A DNA stretch of 64,000 nucleotides. Source: Blastocatellia bacterium (GTDB taxonomy: Bacteria; Acidobacteriota; Blastocatellia; RBC074). Shown in pieces: positions 35,961-46,581 of this stretch (positions are counted from its first letter, which is position 1; each line of letters starts with the position of its first letter). The notes beneath the pieces are model-generated. The model ran no database searches and was not told where the DNA came from. It saw nothing but the letters and a program-made list of their open reading frames with translations. Both the position numbers and the translations under genes were made by a program. The DNA lies in contig JBJXFI010000413.1 in NCBI GenBank assembly GCA_046154695.1, forward strand, positions 9,823 to 73,822, given 5' to 3'.

Positions 35961-38303
35961 ATGCAAGCCCAAATACAGGAAGAAGCGAAAAACAAGATGA
36001 TGACCGTCGAAGAGGCGGCCACCATGCTCGATTTGAAGCGCGATTACGTCTATGGACGCGGGGTGGCGGCCGATCGTGAGGATACGCATCTCCGCGATTA
36101 TTGGCGGATCATTCGCCGCCGGCTCTGGATTCCCCTGAGCGTCATGGTTGTCGTGACGACGCTCGCGACCATCTATAATCTGCGGCTGCCCTCGATCTAT
36201 GAGGGCGTCACGAAGGTGAAGATCGATCGCGAGGATCGCGTCGTCAATCTGAAGGACGTCCAGATCAGCATGGGAACGGGCGATGACAGCTCGTATGTCA
36301 ACACCCAGCTCAAGATTCTGCAGAGCCCGCGCGTGGCCTATATCGTCGTCAAGTCGCTCGATCTCGAGCATAACAACGAGTTTCTGCCGGGAAGGGCGCG
36401 GCCGGTGAATCTGCAGGAGGAGAATCTGCAGCTGACTGAGGGGGGGACCGACGAGCAGGCCGACATCGAGAAGCTGGAGCCGTTCATCGACACGCTGCTC
36501 GGGAATGTCGAGGTGAGGCCGGTTCGGGAGACGCGTCTGGTCGAGATTCACTACCAGCACCCCAACAAGGATCTGGCCCGAAAAATCTCCGACACCTGGG
36601 CCGATGCCTTCATCCTGAATACGCTCGATGAACGCAAAAGCGCCAACAGACAGGCCGGCAAATATCTCGAAGGAAGCATCACCCGGTATAAATTGAAGCT
36701 GCGGGACGCCGAGGAGAAACTGCAGAATTATCTGCGGCAGAATCAGATCATCGATTTCGGGCAGAAAGAGAGCACTGTCACGACGCGACTCGCGGAGTTG
36801 AATCATCAACTGCTGCTGGCGGAGAACGAGCGGAAGAACTCCGAGCTTGCCTACAAGCTCACCCGGGAAGTCGCGGATGTCTCGACCGTGCCGGAGATTC
36901 AGCGCGACCAGATCGTGCAGGAGCTGAACAAGAAGATCACGGAATTGAACCAGCTTCGCGAGCGGCTGCTGGTGGAGTTCACCCCTGAATGGCCGGAGGT
37001 CAAGCAGGTCAACCAGCAGTTGCAGCGGCTGGAGGGGGAGCTGCGGGCCGCGCATCAGCGCATCCTGACGACGCTCGATAATCAGTACAAGACGGCGGTC
37101 CAGCGCGAGGATGCGCTGCGCAAGGCGTTTGGGCAGCAGCGGGCCGAGACGATGCAGCAGAACGAGGGCTCGATCAACGCGAAGATGCTGCAGGCTGAGG
37201 TCGATTCGTACCGGCAGATGTTCGACAGCCTGCTGCAGAGCCAGAAGGGGGTCGAGGTTTCAGAGGCCGGTCTGCTCAAGAGCAACATCTCGATCACCGA
37301 GTTTTCGCCGATTCCGAAATCGCCCGTCGCGCCGAAGCGTGTGCAGAACATTCTGCTGTGCATGCTGCTCTCGCTGATGGGCGGGATCGGCCTGGTGCTC
37401 TTTCTCGATTACATCAACAACAAGATCGAGTCGGTGGAGGATATCGACCGCTATCTGCGGCTGCCGGCGCTGGGAGTGATTCCGTCGCTCGAAAGCGAGG
37501 GGAAGGCGAGGCGGCTGCTGGGCAAGGGCGGGAACGGCGCGACGGATCTCGCGCCCGCGGGTTTGCAGGGTGCGGCGTCGAATGGCGCGGTGATTCTGAC
37601 GCAGGTCGAGGCCAACTCCTCGATCGCCGAGAGCTACCGGCAATTGCGCACGGCGCTCATGCTTTCGTCGGCGGGCCATGCGCCGCGGACGCTGCTGATC
37701 ACGAGCAGCCAGCCGGCGGAGGGCAAGACCACGACCAGCGTCAACACAGCGATCTCGCTGGCCCAGACCGGCTCGGCGGTCCTGATCATCGACGCGGACC
37801 TTCGCCGTCCGCGCGTCCACAAGGTCTTCGGATTGAAGAACAATGTGGGGCTGAGCAACTTCCTGGCGGGCGAGGGCGATCTGGCGGCGATGATCCAGGT
37901 GGCGATGCCCAACCTTTATGTGCTGCCGGTCGGCCCGCTGCCGCCCAATCCCGCGGAATTGCTCGGCTCGGCCAGAATGAAGCAGGTGATCGAGACGCTT
38001 TCGGCGAACTTCGATTATGTCGTGATCGATTCGCCGCCGGTCTCGTCCTTTGCCGACAGCCTGATCCTGTCGGCGCTCGTCGAGGGCGTGATCATCGTCG
38101 TCAAGGCGGGCCATACGCCGCGCGAGATGGCGCAGCGCACCCGGGCCCACCTGCAATCGGTCGGCGCCAGGATTCTCGGCGTCGTGATCAATCAAATCAA
38201 ACTGCAGCCACACGACTATTATTACTATTCGACCTATTACAGCCGGTATTATTACGGAAACGGCGAGGGCGACGAGAAGAAAGAGAAGGAAAAGGTCGAA
38301 TAA
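35961..38303 (+). CDS. wzc: polysaccharide co-polymerase / tyrosine autokinase (Wzc, PCP-2a)
   Basis: Wzz/GumC periplasmic domain with coiled coil, second TM, Walker A SSQPAEGKTTTSVN, Walker B VLIIDADLRRP, C-terminal tyrosine cluster YYYYSTYYSRYYY. Confidence 0.9.
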   Translation: MQAQIQEEAKNKMMTVEEAATMLDLKRDYVYGRGVAADREDTHLRDYWRIIRRRLWIPLSVMVVVTTLATIYNLRLPSIYEGVTKVKIDREDRVVNLKDVQISMGTGDDSSYVNTQLKILQSPRVAYIVVKSLDLEHNNEFLPGRARPVNLQEENLQLTEGGTDEQADIEKLEPFIDTLLGNVEVRPVRETRLVEIHYQHPNKDLARKISDTWADAFILNTLDERKSANRQAGKYLEGSITRYKLKLRDAEEKLQNYLRQNQIIDFGQKESTVTTRLAELNHQLLLAENERKNSELAYKLTREVADVSTVPEIQRDQIVQELNKKITELNQLRERLLVEFTPEWPEVKQVNQQLQRLEGELRAAHQRILTTLDNQYKTAVQREDALRKAFGQQRAETMQQNEGSINAKMLQAEVDSYRQMFDSLLQSQKGVEVSEAGLLKSNISITEFSPIPKSPVAPKRVQNILLCMLLSLMGGIGLVLFLDYINNKIESVEDIDRYLRLPALGVIPSLESEGKARRLLGKGGNGATDLAPAGLQGAASNGAVILTQVEANSSIAESYRQLRTALMLSSAGHAPRTLLITSSQPAEGKTTTSVNTAISLAQTGSAVLIIDADLRRPRVHKVFGLKNNVGLSNFLAGEGDLAAMIQVAMPNLYVLPVGPLPPNPAELLGSARMKQVIETLSANFDYVVIDSPPVSSFADSLILSALVEGVIIVVKAGHTPREMAQRTRAHLQSVGARILGVVINQIKLQPHDYYYYSTYYSRYYYGNGEGDEKKEKEKVE

Positions 38304-38562
38304 CGGACGACGGAATCGATTCATTGCGCTCGAACCGGCGGGGCGGTTGATTCCGCCCCCGTCCGCGGGAGTTTGCCCGGCATTTCAACACCGCACCCAC
38401 TCAATTCACAGAAGCCTCGCGTCTGATTCCCGCCCGATGGGGCGATATCGTGAATCGACAGGGAGGATTGCGCGCGGATGCGGCCGGCGGCGATAACTCG
38501 ATAGCTGCCTCGACACGAGGTTTCCTTCACGGTCATCTGGACGGGAGAGGTCCGCCCGAACG

Positions 38563-38645
38563 CGGGATAGCGGAACAGACGGAAATAACGGAACAAACGA
38601 AACAAGACCAGGAAGAGACCGTTTATTCCGTGCTCTCTTCTTTCG
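38563..38645. repeat. S-family repeat, truncated copy
   Basis: GGGATAGCGGAACAGACGGAAATAACGGAACAAACGAAACAAGACCAGGAAGAGACCGTTTATTCCGTGCTCTCTTC. Confidence 0.7.
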
Positions 38646-38661
38646 TTAACTTAACGTCATT

Positions 38662-38686
38662 GGCCTGAAGGCGGGACTCCGAACGG
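38662..38686. repeat. R-family half element (3' arm only) just upstream of wzm start
   Basis: GGCCTGAAGGCGGGACTCCGAACGG. Confidence 0.6.
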
Positions 38687-38702
38687 GAGCGCCATCACCG
38701 AA

Positions 38703-39563
<861 letters not shown>

Positions 39564-39596
39564 ACGGGTAATAAAGCACGGGCTGATTTCGAAATT

Positions 39597-40871
39597 GTGA
39601 CAATACCTTTTGCAATCCGGGTCGAGGATGTTTCCAAGCGCTATCATCTGGGCGCGCGGGCGCGGGTCGATCGAACGCTCCGCGATGTGATCACGGATTC
39701 GATGAGCCGGCTGCGGCCGTTTTCGCGGTCGCGCCGCGCCGCGGGGAGCGGGGACGCCGATCTGTGGGCCCTCGACCGGGTGGGATTCGAGATCAAACCC
39801 GGGGAAGTGGTCGGCATCGTCGGGCGCAACGGCGCGGGAAAGAGCACGCTCCTCAAAATCCTTTCGCGGATCACGCAGCCCACAAGCGGCCGCGTGGAGA
39901 TTTACGGGCGCATCGGCAGCCTGCTGGAGGTCGGCACCGGATTTCACCCCGAATTGAGCGGTCGCGAGAACATCTATCTCAACGGCTCGATTCTCGGGAT
40001 GGCGCGCCGCGAGATCGAAGCGAAGTTCGACGAGATCGTCGCCTTCGCCGAGATCGAGCGCTTCATCGACACGCCGGTGAAGCGGTACAGCAGCGGAATG
40101 TACGTTCGCCTGGCGTTCGCGGTCGCCGCGCATCTGGAGCCGGAGATCCTGCTGGTCGATGAGGTGCTCGCCGTGGGCGACGCGGCGTTTCAGAAGAAGT
40201 GCCTGGGCAAGATGAGCGATGTCGCCCGGCATGGGCGCACGGTGCTGTTCGTCAGCCACAACACCGCGGCGATGCTCAATCTGTGCGATCGGGGCATTTT
40301 GCTGGAGGGAGGCAGGCAGGTGGATGACGACGCGATCGAGCCCGTGATCCAGAAATATCTGAAGGGGCTGCGCACCGCCACGCCCTGGGATTTAAAGAGC
40401 CACGCCGACCGCCAGGGGCGCGGGCGGGTCCGGTTCACCGGCGTCCGGTTCGAGGACGGCGCGGGCAACGCGATCGAGCAGGGCGTTTCGGGAAGGCCGC
40501 TGGTCGTGGTTCTGGATTACGAATCGGAAGGGCGCGCGTCGCTGCCGAACTGCCGCGCCTCGGTCACATTCTTCGATGGGCTCGGCCAGCCGCTGTTCAA
40601 TTGCTCCAGCGAACTGGTGATTCAGGATCCGGTCGATCTTCCGCCGAAAGGAACGCTGCGGTGCGTGGTTCCACGGCTTCCGCTGAGTCAGAGCCAGTAT
40701 CTGGTCACCCTGTTTCTCGAAGTCAATCGGGAGATCGAGGACTGGATCATGAACGCGATCGAGATCGACGTGATCGACGGCGACTATTACGGCACGAGCC
40801 GGCTCTATCCGGAGGGATGGCGGGGCAAGGGCGTTCTCGTTCCGCATCAATGGATCATGAATGGTGGATGA
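39597..40871 (+). CDS. wzt: ABC polysaccharide exporter ATP-binding protein (Wzt/KpsT family) with C-terminal carbohydrate-binding domain
   Basis: GRNGAGKSTLL Walker A, YSSGMYVRLAFA signature, LLVDEVLAVGD Walker B; about 170-aa C-terminal extension; GTG start. Confidence 0.88.
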   Translation: MTIPFAIRVEDVSKRYHLGARARVDRTLRDVITDSMSRLRPFSRSRRAAGSGDADLWALDRVGFEIKPGEVVGIVGRNGAGKSTLLKILSRITQPTSGRVEIYGRIGSLLEVGTGFHPELSGRENIYLNGSILGMARREIEAKFDEIVAFAEIERFIDTPVKRYSSGMYVRLAFAVAAHLEPEILLVDEVLAVGDAAFQKKCLGKMSDVARHGRTVLFVSHNTAAMLNLCDRGILLEGGRQVDDDAIEPVIQKYLKGLRTATPWDLKSHADRQGRGRVRFTGVRFEDGAGNAIEQGVSGRPLVVVLDYESEGRASLPNCRASVTFFDGLGQPLFNCSSELVIQDPVDLPPKGTLRCVVPRLPLSQSQYLVTLFLEVNREIEDWIMNAIEIDVIDGDYYGTSRLYPEGWRGKGVLVPHQWIMNGG

Positions 40872-41778
40872 GTTGGGGCATCGAAACCCGGCGTTTCCGC
40901 CTCCGCCGGAGGGGATGACGGATTGGCCGTGGGCGATGAGCGCGGGAGCGGGGCCGGATGTGCCTGCCGCGCCGCCCCGGATCAGCGTCGTGATCCCCTC
41001 GTTCAATCAGGCGGCGTTCATCGAGAAGACCCTGCGTTCGGTGCTGCTGCAGCGATATCCGAGGCTGGAATGCATCGTGATCGATGGCGGCAGCACGGAT
41101 GGCAGCGTCGAGGTGATTCGCAAATACGCGCCGTGGCTGAGTTATTGGAGCAGCGAGCCCGATCGCGGGCAGAGCCATGCGATCAACAAGGGATTCGCCC
41201 GATCGACGGGAGACGTCCTTTGCTGGCTGAACAGTGACGATTATTACATGCCCCACACGCTCGGAATCGTGGGGGAGAGGCTCGCGGACGGAACGGGCGT
41301 CTTCGCTCTCGCCGGCCACTGCCTCAAGATCTATCCCGACGGCCGCCCGCCCACGCTGCTCGAAGGCCGGTATGAGGACCGCCGCCGCCTGCTGGAATTC
41401 TGGAAAGGCTATCAGATGCATCAGCCCGCCGTCTTCTGGCGCAGAGAGGTGTTCGAGAAGGTCGGCGAGCTCGATGAATCGCTCCATCTGATCATGGATT
41501 TCGATTATTGGGCGCGAATCGCGCGCTTATATCCGTTCGCCAACGTCGATGAGGTTCTGGCCTGCGCCCATTATCACGACGCGGCGAAGACCGGCGACGA
41601 GTACGCCGGATATCATCGAGACCTCGGCGCCCATGCGCCGCGCTACTGGGGGTCGCGGGGAGCGTGGGAGTTCTGGGCGCTCTGGCTTGGCCGGTGGAAC
41701 CATTTTTCGCTGCGGCCCTTCCGTCAGGCGCTGCGCGGCCGGCTGGCCCGTCTCGTTCGAGGGGGCGGCGATGTCTGA
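40861..41778 (+). CDS. glycosyltransferase family 2
   Basis: ISVVIPSFNQ...IVIDGGSTDG...DSDD; true start possibly ATG at 40915 or 40936; overlaps wzt stop. Confidence 0.8.
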   Translation: MVDELGHRNPAFPPPPEGMTDWPWAMSAGAGPDVPAAPPRISVVIPSFNQAAFIEKTLRSVLLQRYPRLECIVIDGGSTDGSVEVIRKYAPWLSYWSSEPDRGQSHAINKGFARSTGDVLCWLNSDDYYMPHTLGIVGERLADGTGVFALAGHCLKIYPDGRPPTLLEGRYEDRRRLLEFWKGYQMHQPAVFWRREVFEKVGELDESLHLIMDFDYWARIARLYPFANVDEVLACAHYHDAAKTGDEYAGYHRDLGAHAPRYWGSRGAWEFWALWLGRWNHFSLRPFRQALRGRLARLVRGGGDV

Positions 41779-42661
41779 GCTTCGCGGCGAGAGAAGCGTC
41801 TCGGTCGTCGTTCCGGTCTATAACGGCGCGGGGACGATCGCGCGCACGATCGAGTGCCTTCTGCGGCAAACGCAGCCGCCGCGCGAGATCGTGATCGTCG
41901 ATGACGGCTCGACCGACGGGACACACGAAGCCCTCGCCGGGTTTCACGGACGAGTCCGGTCGCTTCGCAAGAAGAATGGCGGCCCCGCATCGGCGCGAAA
42001 TGCCGGCGTGCAAGCGGCGGAAGGCGCGTTCATCGCCTTCACCGACAGCGACTGCCTGCCGGAGCCGGATTGGCTGCGCAATCTGCTGGCCGGCTTCGAC
42101 CGGGACGATCTGGCCGGGGTGGGCGGAATTGTCCGGAGCGTCGACGGCACGCTCACGGGGCAGTATGTCGACGCGATCCGGCTGCTCGATCCGCGGCCCG
42201 ACGAGACGGGAGAGATTCCTTATCTGATCACGGCCAATGCATGTTTTCGACGGGAGGCGCTTTTGCGCGCGGGCCTGTTCGACGAGCGATTTCGCAAGCC
42301 GGGCGGGGAGGAGCCGGAACTCTGCTCGCGGATTCGAAAGCTGGGATATCGCTTCGCCGCGGCCGAATCGGCCGTGGTGCTGCACCGCCACCGGCAGACG
42401 GCGCGAAGCCTGCTTCGCACCATTTCGAATTATGGAGAAGGGCGCTATCTCATCGGTCAGTTGTGTCCGGAGCATCGCATCGACCGGCCGCGCCGCGTCT
42501 TCTGGCGGCGGGTGGTCGCGCTGCGCTCGATCTTCACCCGGGTTTTTTCGTACGCCGAACATTACGGTTTGCCGAAGGCCGTCTATTTCTCGGTGCTCGA
42601 CTACCTGCGGCAGGTGGCGATGATCCACGGATATTTGAGGGCGAGCCGTCGTGTCGTCTGA
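41771..42661 (+). CDS. glycosyltransferase family 2
   Basis: VSVVVPVYNG...IVIVDDGSTDGT...FTDSDC; start at internal ATG overlapping upstream stop by 8 nt. Confidence 0.8.
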   Translation: MSELRGERSVSVVVPVYNGAGTIARTIECLLRQTQPPREIVIVDDGSTDGTHEALAGFHGRVRSLRKKNGGPASARNAGVQAAEGAFIAFTDSDCLPEPDWLRNLLAGFDRDDLAGVGGIVRSVDGTLTGQYVDAIRLLDPRPDETGEIPYLITANACFRREALLRAGLFDERFRKPGGEEPELCSRIRKLGYRFAAAESAVVLHRHRQTARSLLRTISNYGEGRYLIGQLCPEHRIDRPRRVFWRRVVALRSIFTRVFSYAEHYGLPKAVYFSVLDYLRQVAMIHGYLRASRRVV

Positions 42662-43550
42662 GGTCAGCGTCATCATTCCCGCATATAACGCCGAGGGGTA
42701 TCTGGCCGAGACGATCGAGAGCGCGCTGGCGCAGACCCGTCCGCCTTTCGAGATCATCGTGGTGGACGACGGATCGGAGGATCGCACGCTGGAAGTCGCG
42801 CGGCGGTATGCCCCGCGGGTTCGCGCGATCCGCAAACCAAACGGCGGACCGGCGTCGGCGCGGAACGAGGCGATGCGAAACGCTTCGGGCGAATACCTCG
42901 CCTTTCTCGACAGCGACGATCTGTGGGTGCCCGACAAGCTGGAAGAGCAGGTTGCCTTTCTGGACCGGCACGGGGACGTCGGCCTGGTGTACGGGCAGGC
43001 GTTGATGTTCACACAGCATGGCGCGGAACGCGCCTTCGGCCGGCGGATCGGATTCACCGAGGACCCGTCGTTCCGGCTGCTGCTGTACGGGGACTTCATT
43101 CCGAACTCGACGGTCATGATCCGCCGAAGCTGCGCCGAGGCCGTGGGCCCGCTCAACGAGCGGCGGGAGCTGATCGCCGTCGAGGATTACGAATACTGGA
43201 TGCGCATCGCACGGCGATTCCCCATTGCGGGCATCTCGCGTCCGCTGGCCTGGTATCGAATTCGCGAGGGGAATCTGATGGGCGACGGCTCGGACATCGA
43301 CAAGAGCGTGCGGCTGTCGATCGAGGCCCTGCGCGAGATCGAGCGGCTGCACCCCGAAATTTGGGGCGAATTGGGAGTGGATCGCGAGATGCTCTTCGCC
43401 CGGCTGCACGTCCGCGCGGGCTTTGCCTGGAAGCGGCGGCGCGCCTGGCGGCAGGTTCGCCGGGAATTCCGCGAGGCGCTGCGCTGGCGAATGCATCCGC
43501 GGGTGCTGCGATGGATCGTGGCGGCGATGATTTTGAAAGAGTGGTCATAG
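42651..43550 (+). CDS. glycosyltransferase family 2
   Basis: VSVIIPAYNAE...IIVVDDGSEDRT...LDSDD; GTG start overlapping upstream gene. Confidence 0.8.
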   Translation: MSSEVSVIIPAYNAEGYLAETIESALAQTRPPFEIIVVDDGSEDRTLEVARRYAPRVRAIRKPNGGPASARNEAMRNASGEYLAFLDSDDLWVPDKLEEQVAFLDRHGDVGLVYGQALMFTQHGAERAFGRRIGFTEDPSFRLLLYGDFIPNSTVMIRRSCAEAVGPLNERRELIAVEDYEYWMRIARRFPIAGISRPLAWYRIREGNLMGDGSDIDKSVRLSIEALREIERLHPEIWGELGVDREMLFARLHVRAGFAWKRRRAWRQVRREFREALRWRMHPRVLRWIVAAMILKEWS

Positions 43551-43566
43551 GGATGATTGATGGGAC

Positions 43567-43623
43567 CTATGGGACTTATAGGACCCATAAGTCCTATGAG
43601 TCCCATGAGTCCCATAAAAAATG
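43567..43623. other. about 25-bp-stem hairpin built from ATGGGAC heptamer repeats
   Basis: GATGGGACCTATGGGACTTATAGGAC / GTCCTATGAGTCCCATGAGTCCCAT; followed by A-run, so not a classical + strand terminator. Confidence 0.55.
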
Positions 43624-44718
43624 CAAATCACTTTTGTCTTGCCCATGTACCTCGATGTTCCGTCGGGCGGGTTCAAGGTGGTGTATGAATACGCGAACCG
43701 CCTGCAGGCCCGCGGCCATCGCGTGACGCTGATTCATCCGCGGACGATCGAACGCGCGCCGGGCGCGGTGGAAGCGTTCAAGCGGTTCGCATGGCGTTAC
43801 AAGATCCGCCTGAGGGATCGCCCGCTGGTTCCGTGGTTTCCGCTTCATCCGGGGGTGCGGGCGCTGCTGGCTCCCGATCTGGGCGCGGAGTCGATTCCAC
43901 CGGGAGACGCGATCTTCGCCACGGCTTTTGAAACCTCCTTCCCGGTCTATGCATGTCCGGCCGACCGCGGGCGGAAGTTTTACCTGATCCAATCCTACGA
44001 AGAATGGAACGGGCCGAAAGAGAAGGTGCGGGAGAGCTGGCGCCTGCCGCTGCGAAAGGTGGTCGTCTCGCGCAGGTTGATGGCGCACGCCCGCGAACTC
44101 GGCGTGGGCGAAAGCACGGTGCTGATTCCGATCGGGCTGGATTTTTCACAATTCCGGGCAACGACGCCGATCGATCGACGGCCCACGCTCCGCGTCGGGA
44201 TGGTGGCGCACCCGAACGAGCTCAAGGGGATGCGCGACGGCATCGCGGCGCTGGAGATGGCGCGGGCGGAGATCCCGGATCTGCGGGCCGTGCTTTTCGG
44301 AACGCCGCCGCGCGATGCGGCCATCCCGGCCTGGATGGATTATCTGCAACGCCCCGCGCCGGAGCGGATGGTCTCGCTCCACAATTCCTGCCGGATCTTT
44401 CTGCATCCGAGCCGGGCGGAAGGCTGGGGGCTGCCCGCGGCCGAGGCGATGGCTTGCGGCTGCGCCCTCGTATCGGCCGATAACGGCGGCGTGCACGAGT
44501 TCGCCACGGATGAGGTGAGCGCGCTGATCGCGCCCATCAAATCGCCGCCGGAACTGGCGCGGCGCATCGTCCGGCTGCTTCGCGACGATGAGCTGCGGCA
44601 GCGCATCGCAAGGGCGGGCGCCGAACAGGTGGGGCAATTCACCTGGGACCGCGCCGTTGATCAATTGGAGCAATTGTTCGGAGTTCCGCCTTCAGGCGGA
44701 CTGACCATGGAGAAATAG
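43621..44718 (+). CDS. glycosyltransferase family 4 (GT-B)
   Basis: GGxxxxxxxxA N-terminal GT4 fold, EGWGLPAAEAMACG C-terminal motif; last 13 codons lie inside REP copy R4. Confidence 0.85.
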   Translation: MQITFVLPMYLDVPSGGFKVVYEYANRLQARGHRVTLIHPRTIERAPGAVEAFKRFAWRYKIRLRDRPLVPWFPLHPGVRALLAPDLGAESIPPGDAIFATAFETSFPVYACPADRGRKFYLIQSYEEWNGPKEKVRESWRLPLRKVVVSRRLMAHARELGVGESTVLIPIGLDFSQFRATTPIDRRPTLRVGMVAHPNELKGMRDGIAALEMARAEIPDLRAVLFGTPPRDAAIPAWMDYLQRPAPERMVSLHNSCRIFLHPSRAEGWGLPAAEAMACGCALVSADNGGVHEFATDEVSALIAPIKSPPELARRIVRLLRDDELRQRIARAGAEQVGQFTWDRAVDQLEQLFGVPPSGGLTMEK

Positions 44719-44747
44719 GTTCCGCCTGAAGACGGAACTCCAAACGG
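44677..44747. repeat. REP-like R-family copy R4, overlapping 3' end of GT4 gene and abutting next ATG
   Basis: TTCGGAGTTCCGCCTTCAGGCGG ... CCGCCTGAAGACGGAACTCCAAACGG. Confidence 0.85.
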
Positions 44748-44749
44748 TC

Positions 44750-45661
44750 ATGCCACTGGTTTATGTGATCGTGCTCAATTACAACGGCCGGGAGTGGCTG
44801 GCGCGCTGTTTCGAGGCGCTGCTGGCGACGAGATATGAGCCGTTTCGCGTGCTCTTCATCGACAACGCGTCGACCGACGACAGCATCGAGTTGATGCGAA
44901 CGCGCTATCCGCGGATCGCGCGGATCGAGAACGAAGCGAATCTGGGATTCACGGAAGGGAACAACGTCGGCATTCGACAGGCATTGCGGGAAGGCGCGGA
45001 CTATTTCGTGCTGCTCAATCCGGACACGCGGGTCGAGCCGGCGTGGCTGAACGCGTTGATTGCGGCGGGCGAGGCCGAGGCGGGCGTGGGCATCCTCGGC
45101 GCCGTGCAGCTCGAATACGAGGGGGATGCGCTGAACAGTTGGACGCGGACGGCGGCGAGCGGGCGCCTCGATCCGTTGCGAGATCCCGAATCCGCGCCGC
45201 GCGCCATCCCGATGGAATGGGTCGAGGGCGCATGTTTCGCGGTCAAGCGCGCTGTCGCCGAGCGCATCGGCCTGCTCGATTCGATCTACTTCTCATTTTA
45301 TGAAGAGATCGATTATTGCCGCCGGGCCGCCTGCGCGGGATATTCGTCGGCGTTGGTCCCCCGCAGCCGCATCCATCATCATCGCGGCGGAAGCTGGCTG
45401 GCGGACGCCCGGACCTCTCGCAGGCGGAACTATGTCTGCGATCGCAGCCAGTTCATTTACGCCGCGACCGATCCGCGAAAATCGCTGGCCCGAAACGCGG
45501 GCTGGTACGGAATCACGCTCGCGACCAAGGCCCGCGAGCTGTTTCGCGGGTTCACGATGGCGAGGGCCGTCGATCTGTGTCGAATGCAGATCGATCTATT
45601 TCTCAAATTTCCCGCGATGGTCGCCAAGTGGCGAAACGATCGCGAGCTGTTTCGCCGATGA
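44750..45661 (+). CDS. glycosyltransferase family 2 (rhamnosyltransferase-like)
   Basis: VYVIVLNYNG...LFIDNASTDDS...LLNPD. Confidence 0.8.
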   Translation: MPLVYVIVLNYNGREWLARCFEALLATRYEPFRVLFIDNASTDDSIELMRTRYPRIARIENEANLGFTEGNNVGIRQALREGADYFVLLNPDTRVEPAWLNALIAAGEAEAGVGILGAVQLEYEGDALNSWTRTAASGRLDPLRDPESAPRAIPMEWVEGACFAVKRAVAERIGLLDSIYFSFYEEIDYCRRAACAGYSSALVPRSRIHHHRGGSWLADARTSRRRNYVCDRSQFIYAATDPRKSLARNAGWYGITLATKARELFRGFTMARAVDLCRMQIDLFLKFPAMVAKWRNDRELFRR

Positions 45662-46581
45662 AGGTTTCCGTCATCATTCCCACGCGCAACCGTTCCGCGG
45701 ATCTGCGCCGGTGCCTGGAGGCGCTGGCCGCGCAGGATTTCCCGCGGGAGCGATTTGAGGTGATCGTCTGCGATGACGGATCGGACGAGGACATACAGGC
45801 CGTGGCGCATGCGATGGCCGGCGCGGGGCTCCCCGTTCGATGGGAGCGGCAGGCGCCGCTGGGGCCTGCCGCCGCGCGGAATCTGGGAATTCAACATGCC
45901 GCCGGCGAGATCGTCGCGATGACCGACAGCGACACGCTGCCGGATCCCCGCTGGCTGACGAAGCTCTGCGAGGCGCTCGACGCGGACCCGGACGCCGTGG
46001 GCGTCGAGGGGCTGGTTTACGCCGAGAACGAGGGCGAATTCGATCCGCTCGGAGAAGGGCCGAGCAACAAGGCGGGCGGCGTCTTTCTGACCTGCAACTG
46101 CGCCTATCGCCGCCGCGCGCTGATGCGGGTCGGCGGCTTCGATGAGGGCTTCCCCTATCCGGCCTACGAAGACACGGATCTGGCCGCCGCCGCCGGCCGG
46201 CTCGGCCGCATTCTCTGGCAGCCCGAGGCGAGAGTGATGCACCCCCAGCGTCCGCTCACCCTGCGAGCCGTGATAAAGAAGCTGCATCATTGGGAATATG
46301 TTCTATTGATGGGGTACCGCTACGGATATCTTGCCTGGAAGCGGTATCCCGTGCGGCATCCGAGGCTGCGCGTGGCGCTGCTATCGGTCATCGCGCTGCC
46401 GTTGGCCAAGTTCAGGACCGCGGGGGAATGGTTCGGGCGGAAGCCGGCCGAGGCGATGAAGCTGATGGGATTCGGCCTCGTCGAATCGCTCGGGGCGCTG
46501 GCGCTGGTCGTGCCGAAAGCTTTGTTCGGCAGGCATCGCCGAAGAATTCCGCGCCGCAGCCGGTTGTCCGCGCCGCGATGA
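45658..46581 (+). CDS. glycosyltransferase family 2
   Basis: VSVIIPTRNR...VIVCDDGSDED...MTDSD; ATGA start/stop overlap. Confidence 0.8.
   Translation: MKVSVIIPTRNRSADLRRCLEALAAQDFPRERFEVIVCDDGSDEDIQAVAHAMAGAGLPVRWERQAPLGPAAARNLGIQHAAGEIVAMTDSDTLPDPRWLTKLCEALDADPDAVGVEGLVYAENEGEFDPLGEGPSNKAGGVFLTCNCAYRRRALMRVGGFDEGFPYPAYEDTDLAAAAGRLGRILWQPEARVMHPQRPLTLRAVIKKLHHWEYVLLMGYRYGYLAWKRYPVRHPRLRVALLSVIALPLAKFRTAGEWFGRKPAEAMKLMGFGLVESLGALALVVPKALFGRHRRRIPRRSRLSAPR

Noticed and set aside
43567-43623. Hairpin at 43567-43623 as the intrinsic terminator of the upstream GT2 gene
   Set aside because: It is followed by an A-run rather than a U-tract on the coding strand. It is more likely an RNA stability or processing element within the operon.
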